A DNA stretch of 64,000 nt, taken from assembly GCA_965206595.1 (NCBI GenBank), contig OZ242214.1, positions 1,792,001 to 1,856,000 of the forward strand, given 5' to 3'. The notes beneath the pieces are model-generated. The model did no database searches and was not told the DNA's origin. It saw only the letters and a list, made by a program, of their open reading frames with translations. Position numbers and translations under genes: made by a program. The first letter of the stretch is position 1. Every line of letters starts with the position of its first letter. Source of the stretch: Candidatus Latescibacterota bacterium (GTDB lineage: Bacteria > Latescibacterota > UBA2968 > UBA8231). Shown here in pieces: positions 28,490 through 38,532 of this stretch.

Positions 28490-30082
28490 ATGAACAACAT
28501 CAATGTTGTCGAAGCGCTTAGTCAGATAGCCAGAGAGAAGAACGTGGATCGCCGGCTGGTTATCGAGACTTTGACCGACGCGCTGGTCTCGGCGGCAAAA
28601 AAGCGTTTTGTAAATGCCGACAACTTCGAGGTCGAACTCAATGCCGATACTGGCCATATGGCAGTTCTCGCTCGCAAGACCGTGGTTGAAGATGTCAATG
28701 AGCCGGAACTAGAAATCGACTTGGAAGATGCGCGTCAAATCGACAAGCAGGCGCAGCTAGGGTCGGTCGTCTTCGAAGAGTTGAACCTCGCCGATTTCGG
28801 TCGCAATGCGATTCAGGCAGCCAAGCAGATTCTTGTCCAGCGGGTGCGCGAGGCCGAGCGCGACCGTATTTACGACGAATTCAGTGGTAGATTGACTCAG
28901 ATCGAATCGGGGATCGTTCAACAGATCAGCCACGGCGATATCCTCATGAACCTCGGGCGCGCCGAAGCGGCGATTCCCCTCAAGGAGCAGATTCGGCGAG
29001 AGAGATATCGCCAAGGAGACAGCGTTCGCGGGTATATTTATGAAGTGCTCAAGTCGAGCCGCGGCCCTCAGGTGCTGCTTTCGCGCACCCATCCCGAATT
29101 CTTGCGCAAGCTATTTTCCATCGAGGTGCCCGAAATTGCGGAAGGTATCGTGAAGATACACGCAGTCGCCAGGGAGCCGGGTGAAAGGGCGAAAATCGCG
29201 GTGAGCTCCAATGATGAAAGGGTCGATCCCGTCGGCGCATGTGTTGGAGTTAAGGGATCCCGGGTACAGGCCATCGTCAGGGAGCTCAGCGGTGAGCGGA
29301 TCGATATCGTGCCTTGGATTGACGAACCTCAGATATTCATAGCCCGGTCACTCAGTCCCGCTGCGATTTCTCGTGTCATCGTCGACGAGCGGCGCCAACG
29401 TGCCTCTGTTATCGTGGAAACGGATCAGCTGTCCTTGGCGATTGGAAAGTCCGGGCAGAATTCCCGTCTCGCCGTGCAGCTGACCGGTTGGGGACTTGAT
29501 ATACTAACGGAAGAAGAGTACCAAGCCCGTCGGCGGCGAATCGATGAGAGCCAGCAAGAGTTGCGCGAGCTGGAAGGAGTCAGCGAGCTCATAGCAATCA
29601 GTTTGGCGAGTTCCGGGTTTATCTCGATCCGGGCGATCGCGGAGGTAGAGGTCAAACTTTTGCAGACCGTGCCCGGTCTCGAAGGCGAAGATGGAGCTCT
29701 TGCTGCCAAGCTCAAAGCAAAGGCCGAAGCGTACGTGAAAGCGGCCGGGGCGCGCGGGGAAGAGTTGCGACCTGCGACGATTCAGGAACTGGAAGCGATG
29801 GAAGCTGCCGCTGCAAAGGAAGCAGCCGTAAGGGAAGCCTCGGAGGCGAGCGAGGGGTCAGCACGAGCCCCCGATGCCCCTGGCGTGCCGCAGTCGTCAG
29901 CCAGTCATACCGATGACACCGGACATGAAGCTGCAGGCGTGCTTGGCACCACCAATACGACCAATGCTGTAACCGCAGTTTCGGACATAGACGCGTCGGG
30001 GGCGGGGGTAGTTCCGACCAATGCCACCCGGAGCGATGAATCAGCCCCGGCGAACGAAAAAGCGAACAACCGAAGCGAGTGA
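28490..30082 (+). CDS. nusA: Transcription factor NusA with low-complexity C-terminal tail
   Basis: FGRNAIQAAKQ, SRTHPEF, DPVGACVG, LAIGKSGQN. Confidence 0.97.
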   Translation: MNNINVVEALSQIAREKNVDRRLVIETLTDALVSAAKKRFVNADNFEVELNADTGHMAVLARKTVVEDVNEPELEIDLEDARQIDKQAQLGSVVFEELNLADFGRNAIQAAKQILVQRVREAERDRIYDEFSGRLTQIESGIVQQISHGDILMNLGRAEAAIPLKEQIRRERYRQGDSVRGYIYEVLKSSRGPQVLLSRTHPEFLRKLFSIEVPEIAEGIVKIHAVAREPGERAKIAVSSNDERVDPVGACVGVKGSRVQAIVRELSGERIDIVPWIDEPQIFIARSLSPAAISRVIVDERRQRASVIVETDQLSLAIGKSGQNSRLAVQLTGWGLDILTEEEYQARRRRIDESQQELRELEGVSELIAISLASSGFISIRAIAEVEVKLLQTVPGLEGEDGALAAKLKAKAEAYVKAAGARGEELRPATIQELEAMEAAAAKEAAVREASEASEGSARAPDAPGVPQSSASHTDDTGHEAAGVLGTTNTTNAVTAVSDIDASGAGVVPTNATRSDESAPANEKANNRSE

Positions 30083-30101
30083 ATAAAGGGCGGATCTCCT
30101 T

Positions 30102-32504
30102 TTGGAAAAACGCAGGATTTACCAGGTAGCGAAGGAAATCAAGCTATCGAGTGACGCGCTGATCTCGATGCTCAAGTCGCTTGGTCACGAGGTCAGAAGC
30201 CACATGAGCGTCGTGACTCCCGAGATGACCGAGGCGATAACGCGGAAAATCGAGGAAGAGAAAACTGCCTCCAAGGAGGAAGTGCAGCGACAAAAGGAGA
30301 AAGAACAGTCTCGACGCCGACAGGAGCGGCAAGCCCGAGCCGGACGGACGCGAAGTGATGCCCCCGGATCGGGAGAACGCGGAGCCGGCCAGCGCGTGCG
30401 CGAGATTATCGGACGGCAACGTGCTCCCGGAATAACTCCCCTCCCGACGAAAGAAGAGGGGGATCGCAGGCGCTCAAAGCGACGGGGAAAACGCGGCGAT
30501 AGCCCCGAGCCCCGGGAGTCATCCGGCAAACCTGGGGAAACCGCCCCTGACGCCGCTTCCGACATGAGCGGTCGTTGGCGCGGAGGAGGAAGGCCAAGGC
30601 GCCAGCGGCAGACTGATACCCAGTCGGTTCAAGACAACGTCCGGAAAACGCTGAGTGAGATCGCCGAAGGCCGGACTCGGCGGCGCTATGATCGCGGGGG
30701 CGGCGAGGAGGGCGATGGGGGAGACGGAGACGGGGCGCAACAGATCCGGGTCAGGGAGTTCTCCACGGTCGGGGAGTTGGCTGAACGGATGGGGGTACGT
30801 TCCGCTGAGGTGATCGCTACCTGTCTGCAGCTGGGAGTGGTTGTAACTATCAACCAGCGCCTCGACATGGACACGATCGTTACAGTCGCGGACGAATTTG
30901 GTTTTGTAGCAAGGCCGGTGGAAGAAGAGGAGGAGGAGGAGGAGGAACTGCAGGAGGATCTCGGCCTCGAAGAGAAAGTAACCGGAGAGCTCGAACCGCG
31001 ACCGCCGGTTGTCACGGTGATGGGCCACGTCGATCACGGTAAAACGTCCCTGCTCGATTTCTTGCGGAAAAGCGATGTGGTCGAGGGTGAATCGGGCGGA
31101 ATCACTCAGCATATCGGCGCCTACGTGGTGCACTCCCCCGACGGCCAAGCCATTTCTTTCCTTGATACCCCGGGGCACGCTGCCTTCACGGCGATGCGCG
31201 CCCGCGGCGCGCGGGTCACCGATATAGTGGTTCTGGTCGTTGCCGCCGATGACGACGTCATGCCCCAGACGGTCGAAGCCATTGACCATGCCAAAGCCGC
31301 CCAGGTTCCCATAGTAGTAGCCATAAACAAGATGGATCTGCCCACTGCCGATCCCGACAAGGTCAGGCGGCAGCTGGGCGAGCGCGGTGTCCTGTTGGAG
31401 GATTGGGGCGGCAAGGTGCCGTGCGCCGAGATTTCAGCTATGACGGGGCAGGGAATTGACAAGCTGCTCGAACTGGTGATCCTGGAAGCCGAACTCCTCG
31501 AACTCAAGGCAGTTCGAGACAGGAGATGTCGTGGTACGATCATCGAAGCCCAACTGGACAAGGGCAGGGGCCCGGTCGCAACCGTGCTCGTGCAGGAAGG
31601 TACCCTGCGCGTTGGGGATCCGTTTGTAACCGGGGTGTACGGCGGTCGGGTGAGAGCCCTGTTCGACGAGGATCAGCAGAGAGTCCGGGAGGCAGGGCCG
31701 TCCATTCCTGTAATGGTCCTGGGTGGAAGCGGAGTACCTCAAGCAGGTGACACCTTCGCGGTGGCGCCATCCGAGCGGGAGGCCCGTGAAATCATCCAGA
31801 GGCGGCAGCAAATCAAACGCGAGCATGAAATCCGCAGCAGTCGCGGAATGACGCTGGGCGATCTTCAGTTCCAGATCCAAGAAAAGAAAATCAACGAACT
31901 CAAGGTCATCGTTAAGGCGGATGTCGATGGTTCCGTCGAGGCGATAACCCAGGAGCTAGGCAGTATAACCCATGAAGAGGTGCGCATTTCGGTCATTCAC
32001 AGCGGGGTCGGCCGGGTATCGGAATCGGATGTGCTTTTAGCCGCGGCGTCGGACGCGATCGTAATTGCCTTTCACGTGCCCACTGAGGCGAAGGCCCGGG
32101 AAGTTGCCGCCAGAGACGGCGTCGACATTCGCAACTACGAGGTCATCTACGAAATCTTCGAAGAGTTGCGCTCCGCGCTTTCCGGATTGCTCGCTCCAGA
32201 GCTCCAGGAGCGCGTCATAGGAACCGTTGAGATTCGACAGATCTTCTCCTCCTCCCGGGATGGCAAGATCGGCGGCTGTTATGTCCAGAGCGGCAAGATT
32301 ACCCGAAACAACAGGGTCCGTGTAATGCGCCGTGGCGAGTCGGTTTTTGAAGGCGGAGTTGCTTCGCTGAGGCGCTTTAAGGACGACGTGCGAGAGGTGC
32401 TCGAGGGGTTCGAGTGCGGCGTAGCAGTAGCCGGTTTTCCCGACATTGTCGAAGGGGACTCTCTTGAAGTCATCGAAGTAGTGGAATCAGCTCGCTCCCT
32501 TTGA
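30102..32504 (+). CDS. infB: Translation initiation factor IF-2
   Basis: RPPVVTVMGHVDHGKT, DTPGH, NKMD, LRRFKDDV..GFECG. Confidence 0.98.
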   Translation: MEKRRIYQVAKEIKLSSDALISMLKSLGHEVRSHMSVVTPEMTEAITRKIEEEKTASKEEVQRQKEKEQSRRRQERQARAGRTRSDAPGSGERGAGQRVREIIGRQRAPGITPLPTKEEGDRRRSKRRGKRGDSPEPRESSGKPGETAPDAASDMSGRWRGGGRPRRQRQTDTQSVQDNVRKTLSEIAEGRTRRRYDRGGGEEGDGGDGDGAQQIRVREFSTVGELAERMGVRSAEVIATCLQLGVVVTINQRLDMDTIVTVADEFGFVARPVEEEEEEEEELQEDLGLEEKVTGELEPRPPVVTVMGHVDHGKTSLLDFLRKSDVVEGESGGITQHIGAYVVHSPDGQAISFLDTPGHAAFTAMRARGARVTDIVVLVVAADDDVMPQTVEAIDHAKAAQVPIVVAINKMDLPTADPDKVRRQLGERGVLLEDWGGKVPCAEISAMTGQGIDKLLELVILEAELLELKAVRDRRCRGTIIEAQLDKGRGPVATVLVQEGTLRVGDPFVTGVYGGRVRALFDEDQQRVREAGPSIPVMVLGGSGVPQAGDTFAVAPSEREAREIIQRRQQIKREHEIRSSRGMTLGDLQFQIQEKKINELKVIVKADVDGSVEAITQELGSITHEEVRISVIHSGVGRVSESDVLLAAASDAIVIAFHVPTEAKAREVAARDGVDIRNYEVIYEIFEELRSALSGLLAPELQERVIGTVEIRQIFSSSRDGKIGGCYVQSGKITRNNRVRVMRRGESVFEGGVASLRRFKDDVREVLEGFECGVAVAGFPDIVEGDSLEVIEVVESARSL

Positions 32505-32538
32505 TCCCCTCCCCATCGGAAAATGACCGTACCGGAAA

Positions 32539-32820
32539 GTGATCGTATTGGTAGGTGAAGTTCAGCTGTACCTGCCTGAGAGCAGATCGCTGAAAGACAA
32601 ACGACAGGTTTTGAAGAGTCTCAAGGATCGCCTGCACAACCGCTTCAACGCCTCCGTGGCAGAAGTCGGCTTCAACGAACTCTGGCAGCGCAGTACCGTG
32701 GCTTTCGCCGTCGTCAGCAATGGAATGGATCCCGCAGAGGAGGTGATCTCCAAAGCGATCCGATACATAGAGGACGATGGCAGGGTGCAGGTGCTGGACG
32801 CTTCGGTCGAGGAACGGTAG
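32539..32820 (+). CDS. DUF503 (YlxP-like) protein
   Basis: SLKDKR..LK..L..RFNASVAEV..WQR; usual position between infB and rbfA. Confidence 0.9.
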   Translation: MIVLVGEVQLYLPESRSLKDKRQVLKSLKDRLHNRFNASVAEVGFNELWQRSTVAFAVVSNGMDPAEEVISKAIRYIEDDGRVQVLDASVEER

Positions 32821-32831
32821 CCCCAAAAACG

Positions 32832-33227
32832 ATGGGTGTGTCACACCGGGCAAGCAGGGTTCGCGAATCGCTGTACCGCGAGTTCAGTGACATTGTTAGG
32901 AACCTTAGAGATCCCCGCATCCGATCGGCTACCGTAGTCGACGCGGAGGTGTCACCGGATCTGAAACACGCGCGAATGTTCGTAAGTGTTCTGGGCTCGG
33001 AGGAGGAGAAGAAAGAGGCGGTTGCGGCACTCGAGAATGCCCTCGGCCATATCCGGCGTGAAATCGCGCAACGTATTTCGATGCGTCAGATTCCTGAAGT
33101 CAGTGTGGCCTACGACGACACTTCGGAGAGGGCGGCGCGACTGACGGCTCTCATAGAAACGGCGATGTCCACAACAGGATCTGCCAGCAGCGGGGATGAA
33201 GGCCAGTCGAGGCATTCTGATCATTGA
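32832..33227 (+). CDS. rbfA: Ribosome-binding factor A
   Basis: LRDPRI, VSPDLKHARMFVS, RQIPEV..YDDTS. Confidence 0.95.
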   Translation: MGVSHRASRVRESLYREFSDIVRNLRDPRIRSATVVDAEVSPDLKHARMFVSVLGSEEEKKEAVAALENALGHIRREIAQRISMRQIPEVSVAYDDTSERAARLTALIETAMSTTGSASSGDEGQSRHSDH

Positions 33228-34140
33228 CAAGGAAGCAGGGCCGACATCGCATGATATTGTCGCCCGGATGCGTCGGATCCTCGGGTTGCACCGCATCGGT
33301 CACTGCGGTACCCTCGACCCGCTTGCAACAGGGGTACTTGTTCTCTGTTTTGGCACCTACACTCGACTGAGTGAAGCAATTGCAGGGACCGACAAGGAAT
33401 ACCGTGTGCGCTTGTTTTTCGGAGCCACGAGCGATACGGGAGATGCCGAGGGCGTTATCGAACCGGTAGCTGAAATGCGAATTCCGAGCCGGGATGACGT
33501 CGAAGCGGTCTTGGTCCGCTTTCGCGGTGAGATCAGACAAATCCCGCCTGCATACTCCGCTGTGAGGGTGGGCGGTGTTCGCAGTTACCATCTGGCACGC
33601 CGGAAAAAGGTGGTTGAGATACCAGCAAGATCGGTTCGTATTTTGCAGCTTGAGGCTTTGAAGTGTGAATATCCGGACTTCGAAATGCGTGTTGTCTGCT
33701 CCAAGGGGACCTACATTCGTTCGCTGGCAAGGGATATCGGCGCCGCTCTGGGTTGCGGTGCGTATGTGGCCGACCTGCGTAGGACGAGAGTCGGGAACAT
33801 GGATCTGTCGGTTGCCGTGACCGTGGATGAAGTGCAGAAGGCATTTGATGGAAGTCGGCTCGAGGAACTACTCGTACCGACTTCCCGCGCGCTGAGTTCT
33901 CTCCCTGCGGTTACGCTGTCGAGCAGTCAAATCAAAACGTTTTTGCACGGCGGAACCATCGCTGCTGAATTCGTTAGCGAGACAGCGCCCGAAACTGGCG
34001 CGGAAAGGGAAGCAAACGCCGAGACATGCGCGGTCTATGACGAGGCGGAACGCCTGTGCGGTCTGGGATCCTGGGTTGATGGTAGTCGGTCGAGTTTACG
34101 GCCGTCCAAGGTCCTCCTTCCGGGTGGAGTTGAGGAATAG
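33196..34140 (+). CDS. truB: tRNA pseudouridine(55) synthase
   Basis: GHCGTLDPLATGVL, QIPPAYSAV, CSKGTYIRSL. Confidence 0.96.
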   Translation: MKASRGILIIDKEAGPTSHDIVARMRRILGLHRIGHCGTLDPLATGVLVLCFGTYTRLSEAIAGTDKEYRVRLFFGATSDTGDAEGVIEPVAEMRIPSRDDVEAVLVRFRGEIRQIPPAYSAVRVGGVRSYHLARRKKVVEIPARSVRILQLEALKCEYPDFEMRVVCSKGTYIRSLARDIGAALGCGAYVADLRRTRVGNMDLSVAVTVDEVQKAFDGSRLEELLVPTSRALSSLPAVTLSSSQIKTFLHGGTIAAEFVSETAPETGAEREANAETCAVYDEAERLCGLGSWVDGSRSSLRPSKVLLPGGVEE

Positions 34141-34182
34141 CACCTTGACCGCACCGGTTTTCGGATACACGCCAGCAGGCCC

Positions 34183-34560
34183 ATGCTGACGGGTAAAGTG
34201 GTAGTTGGCGAAGGTCGCGGGCGTTCGCTCGGTTTTCCTACTGCCAATCTCGATGTTGAGGGAGACATCGAAAAGATGCTCGGTAGCGGAGTGTATGCCG
34301 CTATGGCCGCCTGGGAAGGTGCCGAGATTGAATATCCTGCGGTCGTTAATGTGGGAGTCAGGCCGACATTCTCGCCGGGCGAGCTGGCCGTAGAAGCCCA
34401 CATCATCGATTTCGCCGGAGATTTGTACGGGAAGACCTTGCGGATCCGGACAGTGAAGAAATTGCGAGACGAACGGCGCTTTCCCAACCTCGATACCTTG
34501 GTCGAACAGCTGGGAAGGGACGTAGAGATAGCACGAGAGGTAATCCGGTCCACAGAATGA
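34183..34560 (+). CDS. Stand-alone riboflavin kinase (RibF C-terminal domain only)
   Basis: GRGRSLGFPTANL, GVYA, NVGVRPTF, VEAHI..DLYG, LRDERRF; no HxGH adenylyltransferase domain upstream. Confidence 0.88.
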   Translation: MLTGKVVVGEGRGRSLGFPTANLDVEGDIEKMLGSGVYAAMAAWEGAEIEYPAVVNVGVRPTFSPGELAVEAHIIDFAGDLYGKTLRIRTVKKLRDERRFPNLDTLVEQLGRDVEIAREVIRSTE

Positions 34561-34607
34561 ACTGCCTGTAAGGGGTAACAAAATTCGATTTTCAAGGGAG
34601 ACAGACT

Positions 34608-34877
34608 TTGTCCATCACTACAGAGCGAGCCAGGGAACTAACCGTGAAATACGGAAAGAGCGAAACCGACTCCGGGGCTGTGGCCGTGCAGATTGCGATC
34701 CTGTCGGAACGGATCGGGAATCTCACGACCCATTTGCAGGCTCACCGGCAGGATTTTGCGACTCGTCGCGGATTGCTGCAATTAATTGGCCGGCGGAGGC
34801 GGCTGCAGAAGTATTACCAGAAAAAACATCCGGAAGGATATGTGCAGCTCATAAAGGACCTCCAACTCCGGCGCTGA
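34608..34877 (+). CDS. rpsO: 30S ribosomal protein S15
   Basis: DSGAVAVQIAILSERI, RRGLL..GRRRRL, LQLRR. Confidence 0.96.
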   Translation: MSITTERARELTVKYGKSETDSGAVAVQIAILSERIGNLTTHLQAHRQDFATRRGLLQLIGRRRRLQKYYQKKHPEGYVQLIKDLQLRR

Positions 34878-35014
34878 TCATTCGTCAGGTCCCGGGGGTT
34901 GTCCACAGTACGTTCCCTGAGTAGATAGGAACAATCGCCGATTTGCCGCTGAACGTGCGGCGTACCTTCATCCACGTTGTCCGTAAACATGCTAGCTTGT
35001 GGGGACCGGGTGCC

Positions 35015-36182
35015 TAGTGTAGTGTCCGTTAAATGGAAGGAATTAACCCCGCTCGGCTTCCAGCGCCTGCCGGGCGCGTTGGATCTTGCGCAGGATGTCC
35101 TCGCCTCGCGCCTTCCACTTGTAGGGCTTGGGGTTCCGGTTCCTCTCGGCCAGATAGCTTTCGATGTCTTTCACCAGCGCTTTGACGCTGGAGAAGCTGC
35201 CATCGCGGATCACGTCCTGCGTCAGTTCGCCGAAGAAGCGTTCGATCAGGTTTAACCAGGACGAACCGGTCGGGGTGAAATGGAGGTGAAAGCGCCGGTG
35301 CCGAGACAGCCCCTGTTTGACCCTGTCTTCTTTGTGCGTGCTGTAGTTGTCGACGATCAGGTGCAGATCCAACTCCTTCGGGGTTTCTCGGTCGATCTGT
35401 TTCAGGAAACGCAGCCACTCCACGTGGGTGTGCTGCTCCTCGGTGCGCGCGATGAGCTTGCCGTCCAGGTAGTTCAACGCGGCAAACAGGGTGATCGTCC
35501 CGTGGCGTTTGTAGTCGTGCGTCCTGGTGCGAAGCTCCCCCACGCCCAAAGGCAAGCCCGGCTGACTGCGCTCCAACGCCTGACACGGGCACTTCTCGTC
35601 GCAACACAGGACCAGGGCCTTTTCGGGGGGATCGAGATACAGTCCGATCACATCCCAAAACTTCTCTTCAAAGCGCTTGTCATTGGACACCTTGAAGGTC
35701 TTGGTCAAATGGGGCTTGATGTCGTTGGCCTTCCAGATGCGGTGCACGCTGTCCGGCGACATCCCCACGGCTTGAGCCATGGTGCGAACCGTCCGCCGCG
35801 TACGCGGTTTCGGCGGCTGCGTCGCAGCGGTGATGACCTGCTCGACCTTATCGGAGGGAAGAGAGGGCGGTCGCCCGCGGCCCTTCGCATCCTGCAACCC
35901 GTCCAAACCGTCGCGTTCGAAGCGTTGCGACCACTTGTTCACACACGCCACGCTGACCCCAAGCTCCCGGGCCACCTGCGCCTGTTTGATCCCTTCGGCG
36001 CGACGCAAGATAATCGCCGCGCGCAGGCTATCGCGCGGCGACGCGGTCGACGCTTTGACGCGGCCTTCCAGCGCTTGTCTTTCCGGTTCGGTAAGGTCCA
36101 CTTTGGAGATGGGTCGGGCCATACCGGAAAGATAATACGGGGGAAATCAGTTAATGCAACCCATTTCTCGGACGCCACACTA
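35015..36182 (-). mobile_element. IS630-family insertion sequence with TA target duplication
   Basis: TA at 35015 and 36181; imperfect TIRs GTGTAGTGTCCGTTAAATGGAAGGAATTAAC vs GTGTGGCGTCCGAGAAATGGGTTGCATTAAC (23/31); empty site CC-TA-GG. Confidence 0.93.
35043..36122 (-). CDS. IS630 family transposase (intact, single ORF)
   Basis: HTH, GRP, CDEK, HDYKRHGT, IVDNYSTH, SWLNLIERFF (DDE). Confidence 0.96.
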   Translation of the reverse strand: MARPISKVDLTEPERQALEGRVKASTASPRDSLRAAIILRRAEGIKQAQVARELGVSVACVNKWSQRFERDGLDGLQDAKGRGRPPSLPSDKVEQVITAATQPPKPRTRRTVRTMAQAVGMSPDSVHRIWKANDIKPHLTKTFKVSNDKRFEEKFWDVIGLYLDPPEKALVLCCDEKCPCQALERSQPGLPLGVGELRTRTHDYKRHGTITLFAALNYLDGKLIARTEEQHTHVEWLRFLKQIDRETPKELDLHLIVDNYSTHKEDRVKQGLSRHRRFHLHFTPTGSSWLNLIERFFGELTQDVIRDGSFSSVKALVKDIESYLAERNRNPKPYKWKARGEDILRKIQRARQALEAERG

Positions 36183-36280
36183 GGGTGGCTGCGATTCCGC
36201 GAGTTATGGGAGTCATGCCCGGGATCGGGACATCCTGCATCCCGTGGTGAAAATGCACACACGAAACGAGAAAGAAAAAG

Positions 36281-38398
36281 ATGATTCACAAAGTCGAAGC
36301 TGAACTAGGTGGACGCACGCTGTCCCTTGAGACCGGAAAGGTAGCCAAACAGGCGCATGGGGCGGTATGGGTCCGCTATGGGGATACCATATGTCTTGTC
36401 ACCGCCTGCAGGTCACAAAACGCCACTGATCGGGATTTTCTGCCGTTGACGGTGGAGTACCGGGAGAAGTCGTATGCCGCCGGGCGGGTCCCCGGTAACT
36501 TCTTTCGCCGCGAGGGGCGGATGGGGGAAAAGGAAACCCTAAGTGCCCGCCTTACCGACCATTCGATCCGCCCGATGTTTCCGAAAGGGTTTGCTTACGA
36601 GGTTCAGGTTTTCATCACCGTTCTGTCCTCTGACAACGAAAATGACGCTGATGTGCTGGGCATGGTGGGCAGCTCAGCGGCCCTGGGCTTGTCGGACATT
36701 CCCTTTGCCGGACCCCTCGGTGCGGTCCGAGTCGGACGGGTTGACGGCGAGTTCGTTGTCAACCCGACGGTTGGCCAACGCGATGAAAGCGACATGGACC
36801 TTATCCTTTCGGGAACCAGGGATTCGATAGGAACGGTCGAGGGGGGCGCCCACGAGGTTTCCGAAAAGGACCTTCTCGCGGCGCTAAAATTCGGCCATGA
36901 GCATATCGTGCAACTGATCGACCTTCAGGAGGAGCTCATCTCGCAGGCCGGCAAGAGGAAGATGGCATTCGAAGCGCCTGCTGTTGATCCCGGGATAGAG
37001 GCCGCGGTTCGCGAGTTGACGGCTGAGCGAATAACTGCGGCCAACCACGCCACCAGTCGCGAGGCGCGCCATGATCTCGTCGATGGAATCTACAGGGAAA
37101 CGCGTGAAGCCCTTGCCGAGCGCTTCCCCGAGTCGGACCAGCAGATCGACGAAATCATTTATGGTCTGATAAAAGCGGACATGCGGCGCATGGTTCTCGA
37201 GGAAAAGCGCCGCATAGACGGCCGGGCTCTCGATGAGGTCAGGACGGTCACGTGCGAGACGCAGATACTTCCGAGGGCTCACGGTTCGGCATTGTTCACG
37301 CGTGGCCAGACCCAGGCCCTGTGCGTGGCGACCCTGGGCAGCAAGCAGGACGAAAAGATGATAGACGACCTCAGCGGAAAGTCGTTCAAGTCGTATTTTC
37401 TCGACTACAATTTTCCCTCCTACAGCAACGGGGAAGTCTCCTTCCCGCGCGGGCCCGGGAGGCGGGAAATCGGGCATGGCCACTTGGCCGAAACCGCCAT
37501 CGGGCCGGTAGTCCCGGGGGTCGACTCCTTTCCTTACACCATCCGCTTGGTCTCCGACATCGAAGAGTCCAATGGATCGACCTCGATGGCGACGGTATGC
37601 GGCTGTTCCCTGGCGCTGATGGATGCCGGAGTTCCGATCAAGAACCCGGTCACCGCTTCAGGGGTCGGGTTGATCAGTGAAGGGGATGACTGGGAGCTGT
37701 TGACCGATATCCAGGGAGCCGAGGATTTTCTCGGAGATATGGACTTGAAAGTGGCCGGCACCGTCGACGGTATCACCGCAATTCAGATGGAGAACAAGAT
37801 CCAGGGTGTGGAAATCGGCATCCTCGAAGAGGCGTTCGCCCGTGCCCGGAAGGCGGGGCTACAGATTCTCGAGATCATGAACCAGGCCATAGCTAGCCAC
37901 CGCGAGGAGCTGTCCGAATACGCCCCGCGCATCGAGTTCATGAAAATCGACGTCGACAAGATAGGAGCGGTTATCGGCCCGGGCGGTAAGACGATCCGGG
38001 AGATCGAGAAGACGGGCGCTTCCGTTAACGTCGAGGACGACGGTAAGATCACGATTTCGTCCGTCGAATCCGGAGCCGTGGCCAGGGCCCGGGAGATGGT
38101 CGAGGCGATCACCGCCGATGCCGAGATCGGTCGGCAGTACGAAGGAACGGTAAAGCGCATCATGCCCTTCGGGGCCTTTGTTGAGATCCTGCCCGGAAAA
38201 GAAGGGCTTCTCCACATTTCCGAGCTCGACCACAAGCGCGTCGAATCAGTGGAAGATGTCGTCGAGGAAGGGGGAAGGATTGCCGTGAAGGTTCTCGAAA
38301 TCGACAACTCTGGGAAAATCCGACTCAGTCACAAGGCAACCTTAGACCAGCCGGATAATCGGCCAAACCGGGAAATGAACCTCGAAAGAAGCCGCTGA
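36281..38398 (+). CDS. pnp: Polyribonucleotide nucleotidyltransferase
   Basis: FLPLTVEYREK, HGSALFTRGQTQ, ESNGSTSMA, GDMDLKVAGT, KH and S1 domains. Confidence 0.98.
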   Translation: MIHKVEAELGGRTLSLETGKVAKQAHGAVWVRYGDTICLVTACRSQNATDRDFLPLTVEYREKSYAAGRVPGNFFRREGRMGEKETLSARLTDHSIRPMFPKGFAYEVQVFITVLSSDNENDADVLGMVGSSAALGLSDIPFAGPLGAVRVGRVDGEFVVNPTVGQRDESDMDLILSGTRDSIGTVEGGAHEVSEKDLLAALKFGHEHIVQLIDLQEELISQAGKRKMAFEAPAVDPGIEAAVRELTAERITAANHATSREARHDLVDGIYRETREALAERFPESDQQIDEIIYGLIKADMRRMVLEEKRRIDGRALDEVRTVTCETQILPRAHGSALFTRGQTQALCVATLGSKQDEKMIDDLSGKSFKSYFLDYNFPSYSNGEVSFPRGPGRREIGHGHLAETAIGPVVPGVDSFPYTIRLVSDIEESNGSTSMATVCGCSLALMDAGVPIKNPVTASGVGLISEGDDWELLTDIQGAEDFLGDMDLKVAGTVDGITAIQMENKIQGVEIGILEEAFARARKAGLQILEIMNQAIASHREELSEYAPRIEFMKIDVDKIGAVIGPGGKTIREIEKTGASVNVEDDGKITISSVESGAVARAREMVEAITADAEIGRQYEGTVKRIMPFGAFVEILPGKEGLLHISELDHKRVESVEDVVEEGGRIAVKVLEIDNSGKIRLSHKATLDQPDNRPNREMNLERSR

Positions 38399-38442
38399 CC
38401 AAGTCGGGCGACACCGCCACTTGCCCCTCGGGCAACTGACAT

Positions 38443-38478
38443 AGACTACCGTGCAGTCTTTTGTTCGGTAGTCTTTTT
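38443..38478 (+). terminator. Intrinsic terminator after pnp
   Basis: AGACTACCG...CGGTAGTCT followed by TTTT. Confidence 0.7.
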
Positions 38479-38532
38479 GGTTGTGGACGCACTGCCGGGG
38501 GGGCAGACTGAAAACCAGTATTCTGGGCAGTT

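Noticed and set aside
30921-30947. GAG/GAA run in infB as a phase-variable repeat
   Set aside because: In-frame poly-Glu linker; unit changes would not shift frame
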